Below, in pieces: positions 11,869 to 27,900 of a stretch of 64,000 nt of DNA. Positions within the stretch are counted from its first letter, which is position 1; the number at the start of each line of letters is the position of its first letter. The position numbers and the translations under genes were made by a program. The DNA comes from Macrostomum hystrix (taxonomy: Eukaryota > Animalia > Platyhelminthes), in the NCBI GenBank assembly GCA_950097015.1, contig CATNEN010000039.1:18786001-18850000 (forward strand), given 5' to 3'. Under the pieces are notes generated by a model. That model did no database searches and had not been told where the DNA came from. It saw only the letters and a program-made list of their open reading frames with translations.

Positions 11869-12369
11869 TTTGCTGAACCAAGCCGTTTCGCAGGCTCCAA
11901 AACTAATTGGTTTCTTATTCGACGCTCGCTCAGAGACCACTCCAGTTTGTACTGGTGTAAAATGCTTGCAACCAGAGCATTGCCCTGGGCCATACAGTTT
12001 ATCTATGATAATGTGAGAACGATTCATTTTTGGGGTTGTTGTCCGAGTTGAGTGATAAGAATGCAGCTCTTGAATGAGTGAATCATTCCACATGTGCCTT
12101 TGTCTGGGGCTTGAGGCGCTAGCCAATGATTATCGAGTCTTATCTCTATTCCGTCCTTTCAGTTGGCGCTTCAAGAGAATTATTGAAAGATTCACTTTAA
12201 TCTCTGGGCTTCAATGAAGTATGAAGTACAACATGATTTTGTTTGAAAAGTTGCGATTTCCTTAACAGTCGAAAGATCACCAAGGGGCGATTTCAAATGC
12301 CCACATTTTTCATTTTCCTGTTTTCCCACAATTTTCCGCTCTTATCCGATAAAACAACTTCCAGAATAA

Positions 12370-13424
12370 AAAAACTTCCCAAACTAGAATGTTCCAAAAC
12401 TAGAATCTACCCAAACTATAATCTTCCCAAACTAGAATCTTCCCAAACGAGAATCTTCCCTAGAATTTTCCCAAACTATAATCTTCCCACACTAGAATCT
12501 TCCCAAACTAGAATCTTCCAAAACTAGAATCTTCCCAAACTAGAATCTTCCAAAACTAGAATCTTGCCAAACTAGAATCTTGTCAAACTAGAATCTTCCC
12601 AAACTAGAATCTTCCAAAACTAGAATCTTCCAAAAAAACTAGAATCTTCCAAAACTAGAATCTTGCCAAACTAGAATCTTGCCAAACTAGAATGTTCCCA
12701 AACCAGAATCTTCCCAAACTAGAATCATTCCCAAACTAGAATCTTGCCAAACTAGAATCTTGCCAAACTAGAATCTTCCAAAACTAGAATCTTGCCAAAC
12801 TAGAATCTTCCCAAACTAGAATCTTCCAAAACTAGAATCTTCCAAAACTAGAATCTTGCCAAACTAGAATCTTCCAAAACTAGAATCTTGCCAAACTAGA
12901 ATCTTCCCAAACTAGAATCGTGCCAAACTAGAATGTTCCCAAAACTAGAATCGTGCCAAACTAGAATCTTGCCAAATTAGAATCTTGCCAAACTAGAATC
13001 TTCCCAAACTAGAATCTTCCAAAACTAGAATCTTGCCAAACTAGAATCTTCCAAAACTAGAATCTTGCCAAACTAGAATCTTCCCAAACTAGAATCTTGC
13101 CAAACTAGAATCTTCCCAAACTAGAATCCTCCCAAACTAGAATCTTCCAAAACTAGAATCTTGCCAAACTAGAATCTTCCCAAACTAGAATCGTGCCAAA
13201 CTAGAATGTTCCCAAAACTAGAATCGTGCCAAACTAGAATCTTCCAAAACTAGAATCTTCCCAAACTAGAATCTTCCCTAGAATTTTCCCAAACTATAAT
13301 CTTCCCTAGAATTTTCCCAAACTATAATCTTCCCAAACTAGAATCTTGCCAAACTAGAATGTTCCCAAAACTAGAATCTTCCCAAACTAGAATCTTGCCA
13401 AACTAGAATCTTCCCAAACTAGAA
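12370..13424. repeat. 16-bp minisatellite (AAACTAGAATCTTSCC)n
   Basis: Directly visible. Confidence 0.97.
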
Positions 13425-13730
13425 TAGAATAGATATAGAATAGAATAAAATAGAATTGAAAAGAATAGAATAGAAAAGAGTGGAATAGAATAGAATAGAA
13501 TAGAATATATTAAAACAGAATGGAATAGAATAGAATAGAATTGAAAAGAATAGAATAGAATAGAATAGAATAGAATAGAATGGAATAGAATATAATAGAA
13601 TGGAATAGAATATAATAGAATAAAATAGAATGGAATGGAATAGAATGGAATAAAACGAAATAGAATAGAATTGATATATAATATAATGGAATGGAATAGA
13701 ACAGAATAGAATTGAACAGAATAAGATATA
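13425..13730. repeat. (AATAG)n microsatellite
   Basis: Directly visible; contiguous with the 16-bp array. Confidence 0.95.
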
Positions 13731-13966
13731 TATTTTTTTATAAATTGTTACTGCTTGTTATACGGCACTCCTTAATGCTGCAAAGCCTACTTACAGTAGA
13801 GTGGATTGAAGTTATGAAATAATTAACAATTGAAATATTTCATTAGTGCACTAGTAGAAAGCGGTGTCAGATCAACAACTCGCGCTTGCTAATTTTTAAC
13901 CAGCTGGTTAGAAGGTCAGGTTTTATTCAACCGAAGGTTTATCATCGAGACTGTCCGGAAGTCCGA

Positions 13967-14663
13967 TCACTTTGAGTCCGCCGGAGCTCGCTTGCCTCTC
14001 AGCGGCTTGAAGCCGGTGGAAGTGTCCGGCTTGAAGTGAAGCTCGTCGTTGCTCCATTGCAGAGGACTGCCGAACTGGTTCTCCAGCTCTGTGATTTGAT
14101 GGTGGAGTAAGGTTTGGCTGGCTGGCTGGTCTGTGATGAAGTTTACATCATGCTTAATAATGTTTACTAGCCGATAGCTCACAAACCAAATGACCCAGGA
14201 TAACTAACATTGATCTACGGTTTCCCATTCTTATCTCCAACCGGAGGGTTGAAATTAATTGTTAGTTAAATAAGCTTACTAAACCTAAAATCATGCACGA
14301 TTTTATTACTGACCCAATAAAAACCCGACCCAATCTGTGTAGCAGATGGATTTCCTCGCAGAATTAGTCCATTTTTCTAATCGAATCTACGAGCGATAGT
14401 TTTTAAAATGCCTCACCAGAAAAACGCTTTCTCACGGCCAAATCCCAGCTGTCGAATTCCTGGCCGTAGTCTTTGAGTAAATCTGAAATTTCGACTGGAC
14501 CAATAAGAGAAGTCCTATGTCTTTGTTTATCTGAAATTTGAAGTGATAGAAAAAACCTACCTTGCTGATTAAGTGCCATTGCTGAGCAGGTGCATTGCAG
14601 GTAAGTCAAGGCCAAGAGAATTAGTAAGGCCAATCTAAGTGTCGCTTTCGCCTGCGCCGTCAT
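13967..14663 (-). CDS. Neuropeptide precursor (signal peptide; KR-flanked peptide ending GFKPLR-G-KR; tachykinin/natalisin-like FxxxR-amide)
   Basis: ATG 14663, hydrophobic signal LRLALLILLALTYLQCTCSA. Probable 30-nt intron 14560-14531. Donor TCT G|GTGAGG at 14417 joins acceptor CATCACAG|AC at 14130 in phase 1. Dibasic KR sites and an amide-donor Gly are present. Confidence 0.75.
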
Positions 14664-14974
14664 GCTCAAATTGCCGCCTTTTTAATTTTTATGCTGCCAG
14701 ACGGGGAGTCGCTTCTGTTTTTCAGCAATTTCCCATAAGAATCTACAAAGAAGCGCGGGTTTAAGTAGCAGATGGTATTGGCCAATAAGCGATCAGTGAA
14801 ATAGTACCAAATGGGAAATTAGCGAACTGGCAAACTGGGGAAAGATTGTACAGGATTCGATGAATTTTAATTCCACCAAGAAGGATTGCAAGAATGGGAT
14901 TTAAGGAATTGACATACCAGTAGTTCCGTTTCTAAGAAATCGTATTAAAATAGTTATGATTTCAGAATCTGGGT

Positions 14975-16905
14975 TCGGATTCTATCAAGCGAGACTCCAG
15001 GAATTAGGATTTTAGGAAGCCAGATTTCAGGAATTAGGATTCAATGCAGCGAGATTCCAGGAATTTGGGTTCTAAGAAGCGAGATTACAGGAATTAGAAT
15101 TCAATGAAGCGAGATTACAGGAATTAGGATTTTAAGAAGCGAGATTCCAGGAATTTGGATTCAATGAAGCGAGATTACAGGAATTAGGATTCAATGAAGC
15201 GAGATTACAGGAATTAGGATTTTAAGAAGCGAGATTCCAGGAATTTGGATTCTAAGAAGCGAGATTACAGGAATTAGGATTCTAGGAAGCGAGATTCCAG
15301 GAATTTGGATTTTAAGAAGCGAGATTACAGGAATTAGGATTCTAGGAAGCGAGATTCCAGGAATTTGGATTTTAAGAAGCGAGATTACAGGAATTAGGAT
15401 TCTAGGAAGCGAGATTCCAGGAATTTGGATTTTAAGAAGCGAGATTCCAGGAATTTGGATTCAATGAAGCGAGACTACAGGAATTTGGATTTTAAGAAGC
15501 GAGAGTCCAGGAATTATGATTCTAAGAATAGGGATTCCAGGATATGTGATTCTAAGAATAGGGATTCCAGGATATGTGATTCTAAGAATAGGGATTTCAG
15601 AATGTGATTCTAAGAATAGGGATTCCAGGATATGTGATTCTAAGAATAGGGATTCCAGGATATGTGATTCTAAGAGTAGGATTCCAGGATATGTGATTCT
15701 AAGAATAGGGATTCCAGGATATGTTATTCTAATAGTAGGATTCCAGGATATGTGATTCTAAGAATAGGGATTCCAGGATATGTGATTCTAAGAATAGGGA
15801 TTCCAGGATATGTGATTTTAAGAGTAGGATTCCAGGATATGTGATTCTAAGAATAGGGATTCCAGGATGTGATTCTAAGAATAGGGATTCCAGGATATGT
15901 GATTCTAAGAGTAGGATTCCAGGATATGTGATTCTAAGAATAGGGATTCCAGGATATGTGATTCTAAGAATAGGGATTCCAGGATGTGATTCTAAGAATA
16001 GGGATTCCAGGATATGTGATTCTAAGAGTAGGATTCCAGGATATGTGATTCTAAGAATAGGGATTCCAGGATATGTGATTCTAAGAATAGGGATTCCAGG
16101 ATATGTGATTCTAAGAATAGGGATTCCAGGATATGTGATTCTAAGAATAGGGATTCCAGGATATGTTATTCTAATAGTAGGATTCCAGGATATGTGATTC
16201 TAAGAATAGGGATTCCAGGATATGTGATTCTAAGAATAGGGATTCCAGGATGTGATTCTAAGAATAGGGATTCCAGGATATGTGATTCTAAGAATAGGGA
16301 TTCCAGGATGTGATTCTAAGAATAGGGATTCCAGGATATGTGATTCTAAGAATAGGGATTCCAGGATGTGATTCTAAGAATAGGGATTCCAGGATATGTG
16401 ATTCTAAGAATAGGGATTCCAGGATATGTGATTCTAAGAATAGGGATTCCAGGACATGTGATTCTAAGAATAGGGATTCCAGGATATGTGATTCTAAGAA
16501 TAGGGATTCCAGGATGGGATTCTAAGAATAGGGATTCCAGGATATGTGATTCTAAGAATAGGGATTCCAGGATATGTGATTCTAAGAATAGGGATTTCAG
16601 GATGGGATTCTAAGAATAGGGATTCCAGGATATGTGATTCTAAGAGTAGGGATTCCAGGATATGTGATTCTAAGAGTAGGATTCCAGGATATGTGATTCT
16701 AAGAATAGGGATTCCAGGATATGTGATTCTAAGAATAGGGATTCCAGGATATGTGATTCTAAGAATAGGGATTCCAGGATATGTGATTCTAAGAATAGGG
16801 ATTCCAGGATATGTGATTCTAAGAATAGGGATTCCAGGATATGTGATTCTAAGAATAGGGATTCCAGGATTTAGAACTCCAAGAATTCGGATTCTAAGAA
16901 TTTCG
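14975..16905. repeat. 30-bp minisatellite with two subfamilies (GAGATTCCAGGAATTTGGATTTTAAGAAGC, then GGGATTCCAGGATATGTGATTCTAAGAATA from ~15516)
   Basis: Directly visible; each unit is a diverged 15-bp dimer. Confidence 0.97.
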
Positions 16906-17459
16906 ATTCTTAATCTCAATGAGGATGTTGTAGTTTCTAAAGAGAAAAGGATGGGAAAAGAAAAAATTTAAGGACGCCACCACTGTGAGTCCCATGTACG
17001 GTCGATAAATGAGGCCCTATCTGTGACAGCTAGAGTAATCCAATAGTCTCCGTAGAAATCTTTTTCGATGCAGCAAGTTAAGGCTCGCATGCGTGCATGA
17101 AAAGAGATGAAAAAGATGGCAATCGATCAGGGAAATTATGGATGAAATGTCGGCTCAGAGATTGCAGACCGTTTGTACATTCCATATTCGCTTTTAAAAC
17201 GAATATTTTCCGATGCACAACAGCTGTCGTCAGCCACGTGACGGTAGTTTTTCGGAGCTTGCTTCACAATGTGCGTGTCAACTATACTTAAAAAGAAGAT
17301 GTTTGCTTAAGTCGAAGTAACTCTCAAGTGTCTAACTATAAGCCTACACTTCTTTGCTAAAATAAATTATGCAAAAATAACATAGGCGTCCATTAGTGTT
17401 ATGAATAATTAATGAGAATGAAGACTTTGAAGACTTTTCTTAGAATCTAGACTGTCCAT

Positions 17460-18135
<676 letters not shown>

Positions 18136-18576
18136 CATTCCAATTAATATTTCGTTTTTTTTATGAAGGCAAAATAGTCACATAATTAGAAGGTCTATTC
18201 TTGTTGTGAGAAAATTCCTATAACCTGAAATAATTGCTTCTACTAATTATCTAACGAGCTACAGGACATCGCGCCTGTACATATGCTTGAGTAATTAGAT
18301 AAATTAATTTCCGTGACATCATCTCAGCAAAGTATCCTATTATGAAACCATCTTGAGCACGTTCTCTGTCTGTTGGCGGGGGGCTAGTCGAAGGATTGAC
18401 TTTCGAGACTCAGTCTATAGGTTGCTAATCAGTACAAGTGCATGCTAAGCACTCAAGTTGATCTGAGTTCTGCTCAGAGAGATTATTATTTTCATTTTTC
18501 TCTGGACATTCCGTCCATAACTTTTTCTTGCAAGCAGATAAGTAATACGTTTATTAATTAACGCATAAAAATGCGT

Positions 18577-19660
18577 CTATGGACACACAATACATCAATC
18601 TATGGACACACAATACATCACTCTATGGACACACAATACATCACTCTATGGACACACAATACATCACTCTATGGACACACAATACATCACTCTATGGACA
18701 CACAATACATCACTCTATGGACACACAATACATCACTCTATGGACACACAATACATCACTCTATGGACACACAATACATCACTCTATGGACACACAATAC
18801 ATCACTCTATGGACACACAATACATCACTCTATAGACACACAATACATCACTCTATATGGACACACAATACATCACTCTATGGACACACAATACATCACT
18901 CTATGGACACACAATACATCACTCTATGGACACACAATACATCACTCTATGGACACACAATACATCACTCTATGGACACACAATACATCACTCTATGGAC
19001 ACACAATACATCACTCTATGGACACACAATACATCACTCTATGGACACACAATACATCACTCTATGGACACACAATACATCACTCTATGGACACACAATA
19101 CATCACTCTATGGACACACAATACATCACTCTATGGACACACAATACATCACTCTATGGACACACAATACATCACTCTATGGACACACAATACATCACTC
19201 TATGGACACACAATACATCACTCTATAGACACACAATACATCACTCTATGGACACACAATACATCACTCTATGGACACACAATACATCACTCTATAGACA
19301 CACAATACATCACTCTATGGACACACAATACATCACTCTATGGACACACAATACATCACTCTATGGACACACAATACATCACTCTATGGACACACAATAC
19401 ATCACTCTATGGACACACAATACATCACTCTATAGACACACAATACATCACTCTATGGACACACAATACATCACTCTTTATGGACACAATAAATCACTCA
19501 CTCTATGGACACACTATACATCACTCTATAGACACACAATAAATTAGTCTATGGACACACAATAAATCAGTCTATGGGCACACAATAAATCTGTCTATGG
19601 ACACAATATAAATCAGTCTATGGACACACAATAAATCACTCTATGGACACCAAATACATC
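18577..19660. repeat. 23-bp minisatellite (CTCTATGGACACACAATACATCA)n
   Basis: Directly visible; explains the three repetitive ORFs here. Confidence 0.98.
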
Positions 19661-20353
19661 ACATAGATGCACAAGATCGCAAGAAAACTTCAACGACACT
19701 CAATTACTCGCAGTTTTCCATGCTTTCTAACAGAGATTCTTATCAGCAATGCCTCTCAATGCGCAATGCCGCAAACTCTTAGGAGCTTCAAGCAATAGGC
19801 TTGAAATCCATCTGCCTGGCATTGTACTTATTGACCTACTACTGTACTTCTACTGCAAGTTGAAGCATGCATGAAGGCAGACACTTCAACTCCAAGCATT
19901 GATTCCAATCCTCTTTGTTAACCAGAGAACTTCTATTATAGAATGGGGTATTGTCTTGAAAAATGGAGAATTCTCGAACTACTCTTTTCGAAAAAGAAGC
20001 AGAAGTTGTTTCAGCTTCGATTGGTTAAAATTTCTCTCTTTTTATTGCATGACAAATGAAGTAACAAAAAAACTATAAATGAGTACGGCAAGTAGTTGAT
20101 TTCAGACAAACGAAACCAACGTGTCTATATAAAAATATACCGGGGTAAAATAACGAGATTTTAGGCAAGAATTAGTTTTTAGCGGATTAGCGAAACATTT
20201 TTTCTAGTTTACTAGTTTTTTTCCTTAACAACAGTCATGACTGTAGCGCTCTACTATCCGAAACTGTCAGTAGTAATCAGCGAATATTTCCCTAACGACA
20301 GTCATGACTGCAACACGCTACTGTACGAAACTTTCAGTAGTAATCAGCAAAAA

Positions 20354-22746
<2,393 letters not shown>

Positions 22747-23679
22747 TGTTCTAATGACCTTTGTTTGAAGCAAAATAAAGTTTCTATGGCCGGGCTTGCG
22801 AGTCAGTAATGGTTATTAGGTGTGTTGAACAAGTGTGCAGCAGTTGATAATTTCGTCCTTTTTATAGCTTGTTTGTCTATTAAACAATCGTCATGCCTCC
22901 ATTAAGCATGATGGTTTCAAATGATTTGATAATAGCTGCGAGCTGGTTGCCAAGTGGTCTGACTGGGTCTTGAGTGCCAGACAGCTCACGAGGCTGCTGT
23001 GTGACAAGACTATAGGGTTGGAACACAACTGTTAGAAAATGAGCTCAAGTTTTTATTTAGTGCCAACGCAATTAATGTCAGAATCCATTTGAATACACCT
23101 GACGCACTCAGCTGGAAGTCTTCATAGGTACAAAATAGTGCAGCAAGAAGCAAGCAGTGTAGTCGAGAGCCCTGTTCTGCTGCTGAACTCGATACAGCGA
23201 CCATTTTTAACATACCTGCAGACAATAGAACGCAATTTATCACATTTTTATTATGCGTGTAGCGGGCTCATTTTCTACCCTGGCAACTGTAGCCCTCTCT
23301 ACCTGGTGATCTAGGGCTTAGGCTTGGATGGGGTTGGCAGCGCGTGCGAACTTTCTGTGAAACCCTGCAATTAGTAGCGGCGATGCCAAAAGTGCAAGAG
23401 ACTCTCATTGTGAGCTAGTCTAGCCCGCCTAGCCAACCCCATACAGCTGCTTGAGTGTGCCCCACCGTTACAAACTGCTTCACAGTTTTCAACTTGTAAA
23501 TGGCGTGAGACATTCTGAAACTTTGCTTCTGCTATAAAAAACTGTCAAGTCTTTTTTCGAACTAAAAAATCCGGCAGACTACCTTAAGAATTTCCGCTCA
23601 CTTTTATTACTTTAGTTTGCTCTCGTTGAACTTTTTGGGCATAGAAAGAATTTTCTGCTCTTCAGTGTGTCTGGTTTTC

Positions 23680-24400
23680 TCTGTCTGTCTGTCTGCCTGT
23701 ATGTCTGTCTGTCCTGGGTGTCTGTGTGTCTGTCTGTCCTGGGTGTCTGTGTGTCTGTCTGTCCTGGGTGTCTGTGTGTCTGTCTGTCCTGGGTGTCTGT
23801 GTGTCTGTCTGTCCTGGGTGTCTGTGTGTCTGTCTGTCCTGGGTGTCTGTGTGTCTGTCTGTCCTGGGTGTCTGTGTGTCTGTCTGTCCTGGGTGTCTGT
23901 GTGTCTGTCTGTCCTGGGTGTCTGTGTGTCTGTCTGTCCTGGGTGTCTGTGTGTCTGTCTGTCCTGGGTGTCTGTGTGTCTGTCTGTCCTGGGTGTCTGT
24001 GTGTCTGTCTGTCCTGGGTGTCTATATGTCTGTCTGTATGTCTGTCCGTCTGTCTGTCAGTCTGTCATTCTGTCAGTCTGTCTGTCTGTCAGTCTGTCTG
24101 TCTGTCAGTCTGTCTGTCTGTCTGTCTGTCTGTCAGTCTGTCTGTCTGTCAGTCTGTCTGTCTGTATGTCTGTCTGTCAGTCTGTCAGTCTGTCAGTCTG
24201 CCTGTCTGTCAGTCTGTCTGTCTGTATGTCTGTCTGTCAGTCTGTCAGTCTGTCAGTCTGTCAGTCTGTCTGTCTGTCTGTCAGTCTGTCTGTCTGTCTG
24301 TCTGTCAGTCTGTCTGTCTGTCTGTCCATCTGTCTGTCCGTCTGTCAGTCTGTCTGTCTGTCCGTCTGTCAGTCTGTCAGTCTGTCTGTCTGTCTGCTCT
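23680..24400. repeat. 25-bp unit (GTCTGTCTGTCCTGGGTGTCTGTGT)n grading into (TGTC)n microsatellite
   Basis: Directly visible; lies between the divergent HUNK and K2P genes. Confidence 0.97.
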
Positions 24401-24954
24401 GCCCATTTAATGTTGCAATTGTTTATTGTAATTTAAAACGATTAAAAAAGTTAAATCACAAACTTTTCACATTCTTCCATTTGCACTTTTTACTTTTAAC
24501 TTTGAAGTCCTAAGACGCCTATTGTAAACTTCCTTCATGTTTGCAGTCGACTAAACAATAGATGAAGGTAAAATTCACACAGAGGGTCGTTGTGCATGCT
24601 TGGGAGTTAGCTTGGTTCATATGCAACCTTAAGACATTGACGAACAAAATGGAAGCGCGTTCTGAGCGGGAGAGTGAGTACCATGCTCTCACTCTTCCCC
24701 ACTTCATCTTCGTCCTCATCAAACAATGCGTTATCAAGCGGCAGTGGCGGAGGCAGCAACAGATTTTGTGAATCAAAACGTCTGCTAGATTCTTAGGGGC
24801 ATGCCTGAATAGTTCGAGCCAAAGCAGCTCTTTCATTGGCTGATAGGGGGGAGACAGTCTAGGCATCATAACTCGGCCTTAAAGGATCTTTGAGAACCGA
24901 CGCGATGTTGCTAGAGGTTGCGCCGGACACTGCCGACACAAGCCGAAGGCCTCA

Positions 24955-27900
24955 ATGCCAGCGGAGCGCCAGCTGCAGCGTCAGGTGTCGTCATCGGTCG
25001 CCTCGTCTTCGCGACGTCAGCAGCGCCTCTCCCGTCAGGAGCGTCGTCGATTGAAGAAACGCGAACGACGTCGGAGGCGCATTCGTCAGGCTGGCAGCTT
25101 CTGCAAGAAGTTTCTTGCCTTTGCGTTCAGCCACATCGGCCTGTCCTGCCTCATCGTTGCCTACATCCTAGCCGGCGGTCTGGCCTTCCAAGCTATCGAG
25201 CTACCGTTTGAACTGCGGCTTCGCGACCAGATTCGTCGATTCAAGAACGACACCCTGGCAACATTTCTAGCTCGACAGAAGCGGTTGCTGTGCACCGATA
25301 AATCGTCGCCATCATCGTCCAACGACAGTAGTGGATGCGTCCTTAGCAACACCTTGCTGACTGAGCTGCAACACCTGGCAAATGAAACGTTGGCTCTAGT
25401 AGTAGGCAACATCACCAAGTATGTCAAAGAGGACGGCTGGAATGGCAGCCTACAGGAGCATGAGTACACTTGGAACCTGCCGGGTGCGCTACTGTTCGTT
25501 GTCACAATCATTACAACTATTGGTGAGTCAAGCTCATCGCTACCCTCATCATCCAAATAAACAGCACTCTTACCGAATGTGCCAAGCATTTGGCTTTCTT
25601 TCGCGCGGGACCTTTCACCTCTTTCCCCAAGGAGGTAAAACTGTATTTCCAAGCCATTGCCAGTTCATAATTAATGCAACATCAGGCAACTCAGGAAAGC
25701 TATTCACTTTTATTTGACTATATTAAGAAGGCAGCTGTGCTTCCTCAGCGGACTAGATCATCATCAGCCCCTAGAAAATCAGAGCTTTCCCTACACCGGC
25801 TATCTGGTATCTGGATGGTGACAAGCAAGTTGTCCGGCTGTTGTCAGTGCATGAGCATGACACAATATAATATTGTGCAGTTCTTATTTAGACTGTTAGC
25901 GTGGGACAAGAAACTACAACGATTGGTAAATGTAGACGTGTATTTATGCAGCGCGAAATGCACCCGGCTTGGTAGAATTTTTTGTGATAAATATGACTGT
26001 TTATTCCATTTACCTGCCCCCCCGGGGGTGACGATGATTTCCTTAGAAATTAGTCAGAAAGATGATCTGGATAAGAGCTGCAGTGGCCTGCACAGTATAG
26101 TGTTTTACCTTGCAGAACGTCATAGCAGAACGAATTTTGGGAATTCATAGTAGGTATATACCACCGCCTCAAGCGATGAAAGGTCATATGCGATCGGGCA
26201 CTCCTGCAGGTTACGGCCACGCTGTGCCAAAGACACTAGAGGGCATGCTCGGTACAATGGCCTGCGCTTTTCTGGGCATTCCTCTGATGTTCCTGTATCT
26301 CAATAACATTGGTGACTACCTAGCTGATGGCTTTCGCTACCTGTACAGCAATACCTGCCGTCCGCGACTTAAGCGGATGCGACTATGCGGTGGGCAAGCC
26401 GACGAGGACAACGTGGACTGCGGCGATAGCGAAGCTGCCAGGCGGCGTCGCGAGGCGTTCGACATTGTGCGCGTCAAAACAGAATTTTCTAGACCAATGA
26501 AGCGAGCAGCGTTGGAGTCGGCAGCTCACTCAGAAATGAGTCGCCCCGAGGCGTTTCGAGTAAAGCGCGACCTGCTGTTTGATGCCACACCTGCATGCGC
26601 TAATCCTGCAGACTGCTCAGCCTCGGCTGAAGAATGCCAGAGTCGAGTGCGCCGCGGCGTCGCCACAGCCAGAATTTTGCCGGCCACCGGAACACGTCCG
26701 CCGCTCCGTAGGACTCTAGTGCGCAGTCGCTCTGTACCGGAGCCGCCAACGGCAGCGCAGGTGGCATCGAAGCCAGACCGCGCCGCTCCAATAGTCGACT
26801 GGACGGTCATCGACTGGGACTTGACGAGACCAGACGGAAAGTCTGATGAGGTCGAGGCTGAACCTCCGTCGGAGCAACTACCAAGACGCATCAGCTACAT
26901 CAGTCTGCCCAGTCCTGAACGCGAGTCTTCCACTTACACATCTTCATCGTCCTCAGTCTCATCGCTTTCCTCTGAGCATTCAGACTTCGCCGTCTCGTTA
27001 GAAGTTGAAGCGCTTACAGGTGGCAACGAATGGGATGACGATCCCGCTAGCTCCGGTGTTGCGGCCACTGCAGTCGCAGCCGCAGCAGGAGTGGTAGCCG
27101 TGCCGGGAGATCTCAGCACAGCTGGGCCGAATCGACCACGCATGCAGCGACTGCAGGAGCTTCGGCGCCGGCTCGAACGACTTCAACGACTATCAGCTAG
27201 TCGGCGACTGCGCAAAGTGACGGTGCCTCTGAGTCTGTCTGTGACGCTCATGGTTGGCTATGTTGTGTTCGGCTCATTCCTGTTCACAATCTGGGAGAAC
27301 AGGGACTATGTGAAGTGGTCCTATTTCTGCTTCATCACGCTAAGCACAATTGGTTTCGGCGACATTGTGCCAGGTATAGCAATTTTCAGCTTGAGAACAC
27401 TCCATCTTGGCTTTCAGATCCTTTTAAAAAAGCAATTAATTCTTTCTTTTAACTCTTTAAGAATCGTTCACCAGGCCGCGTCCTGTTCGATCGTTTCCCT
27501 CTAGTAGAAGCCACTCGGCAAGCCGAATCAATGCTTGAAGTGTCAAAAAGAACTGGCAAAATTGACAGGTGGAACGAACTTGACTAAAGTGTGAAAGAAC
27601 TAGGCCGGGAAAAGTATTGTAAACAGTAGGCTTGGAGAAGAAGGCTCTAGAAGAGAGGGGAATAGGTGTGACAAGAGTCATAGAGACAGAGAAGACAGGA
27701 TTTAAGCAGCCAAGGTCAAGTTCTTTCCTATAGCTCTCTTATATGAATAACTCCTTCGGTCAGCCTGACACCTCTCTGAGCATGCTAATTGGATTCGATC
27801 ATATATTCCCTGTGGCTTGTAACAGGTTAGTTAGGTCACTGTCGCACCTTTATTAGTCGTTCCACTTAGTCGTGGCGCTCTTTAGAGTTGCAGGAATGAT

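Noticed and set aside
11869-12126. N-terminal extension of the NTPDase ORF from the TTG at 12126
   Set aside because: Non-ATG start with no family similarity; the signal peptide begins at ATG 11868, just after a candidate TTCAG acceptor.
2810-13730. (ATTCT)n and (AGAAT)n as ends of a large inverted element
   Set aside because: Common microsatellite in both orientations with no flanking homology.
18571-19547. Long ORFs in several frames (also 15425-16971, 23617-24513, 36127-37458, 47337-48275, 54559-55431, 62630-63295)
   Set aside because: Translations of stop-poor minisatellite units; no splice or domain support.
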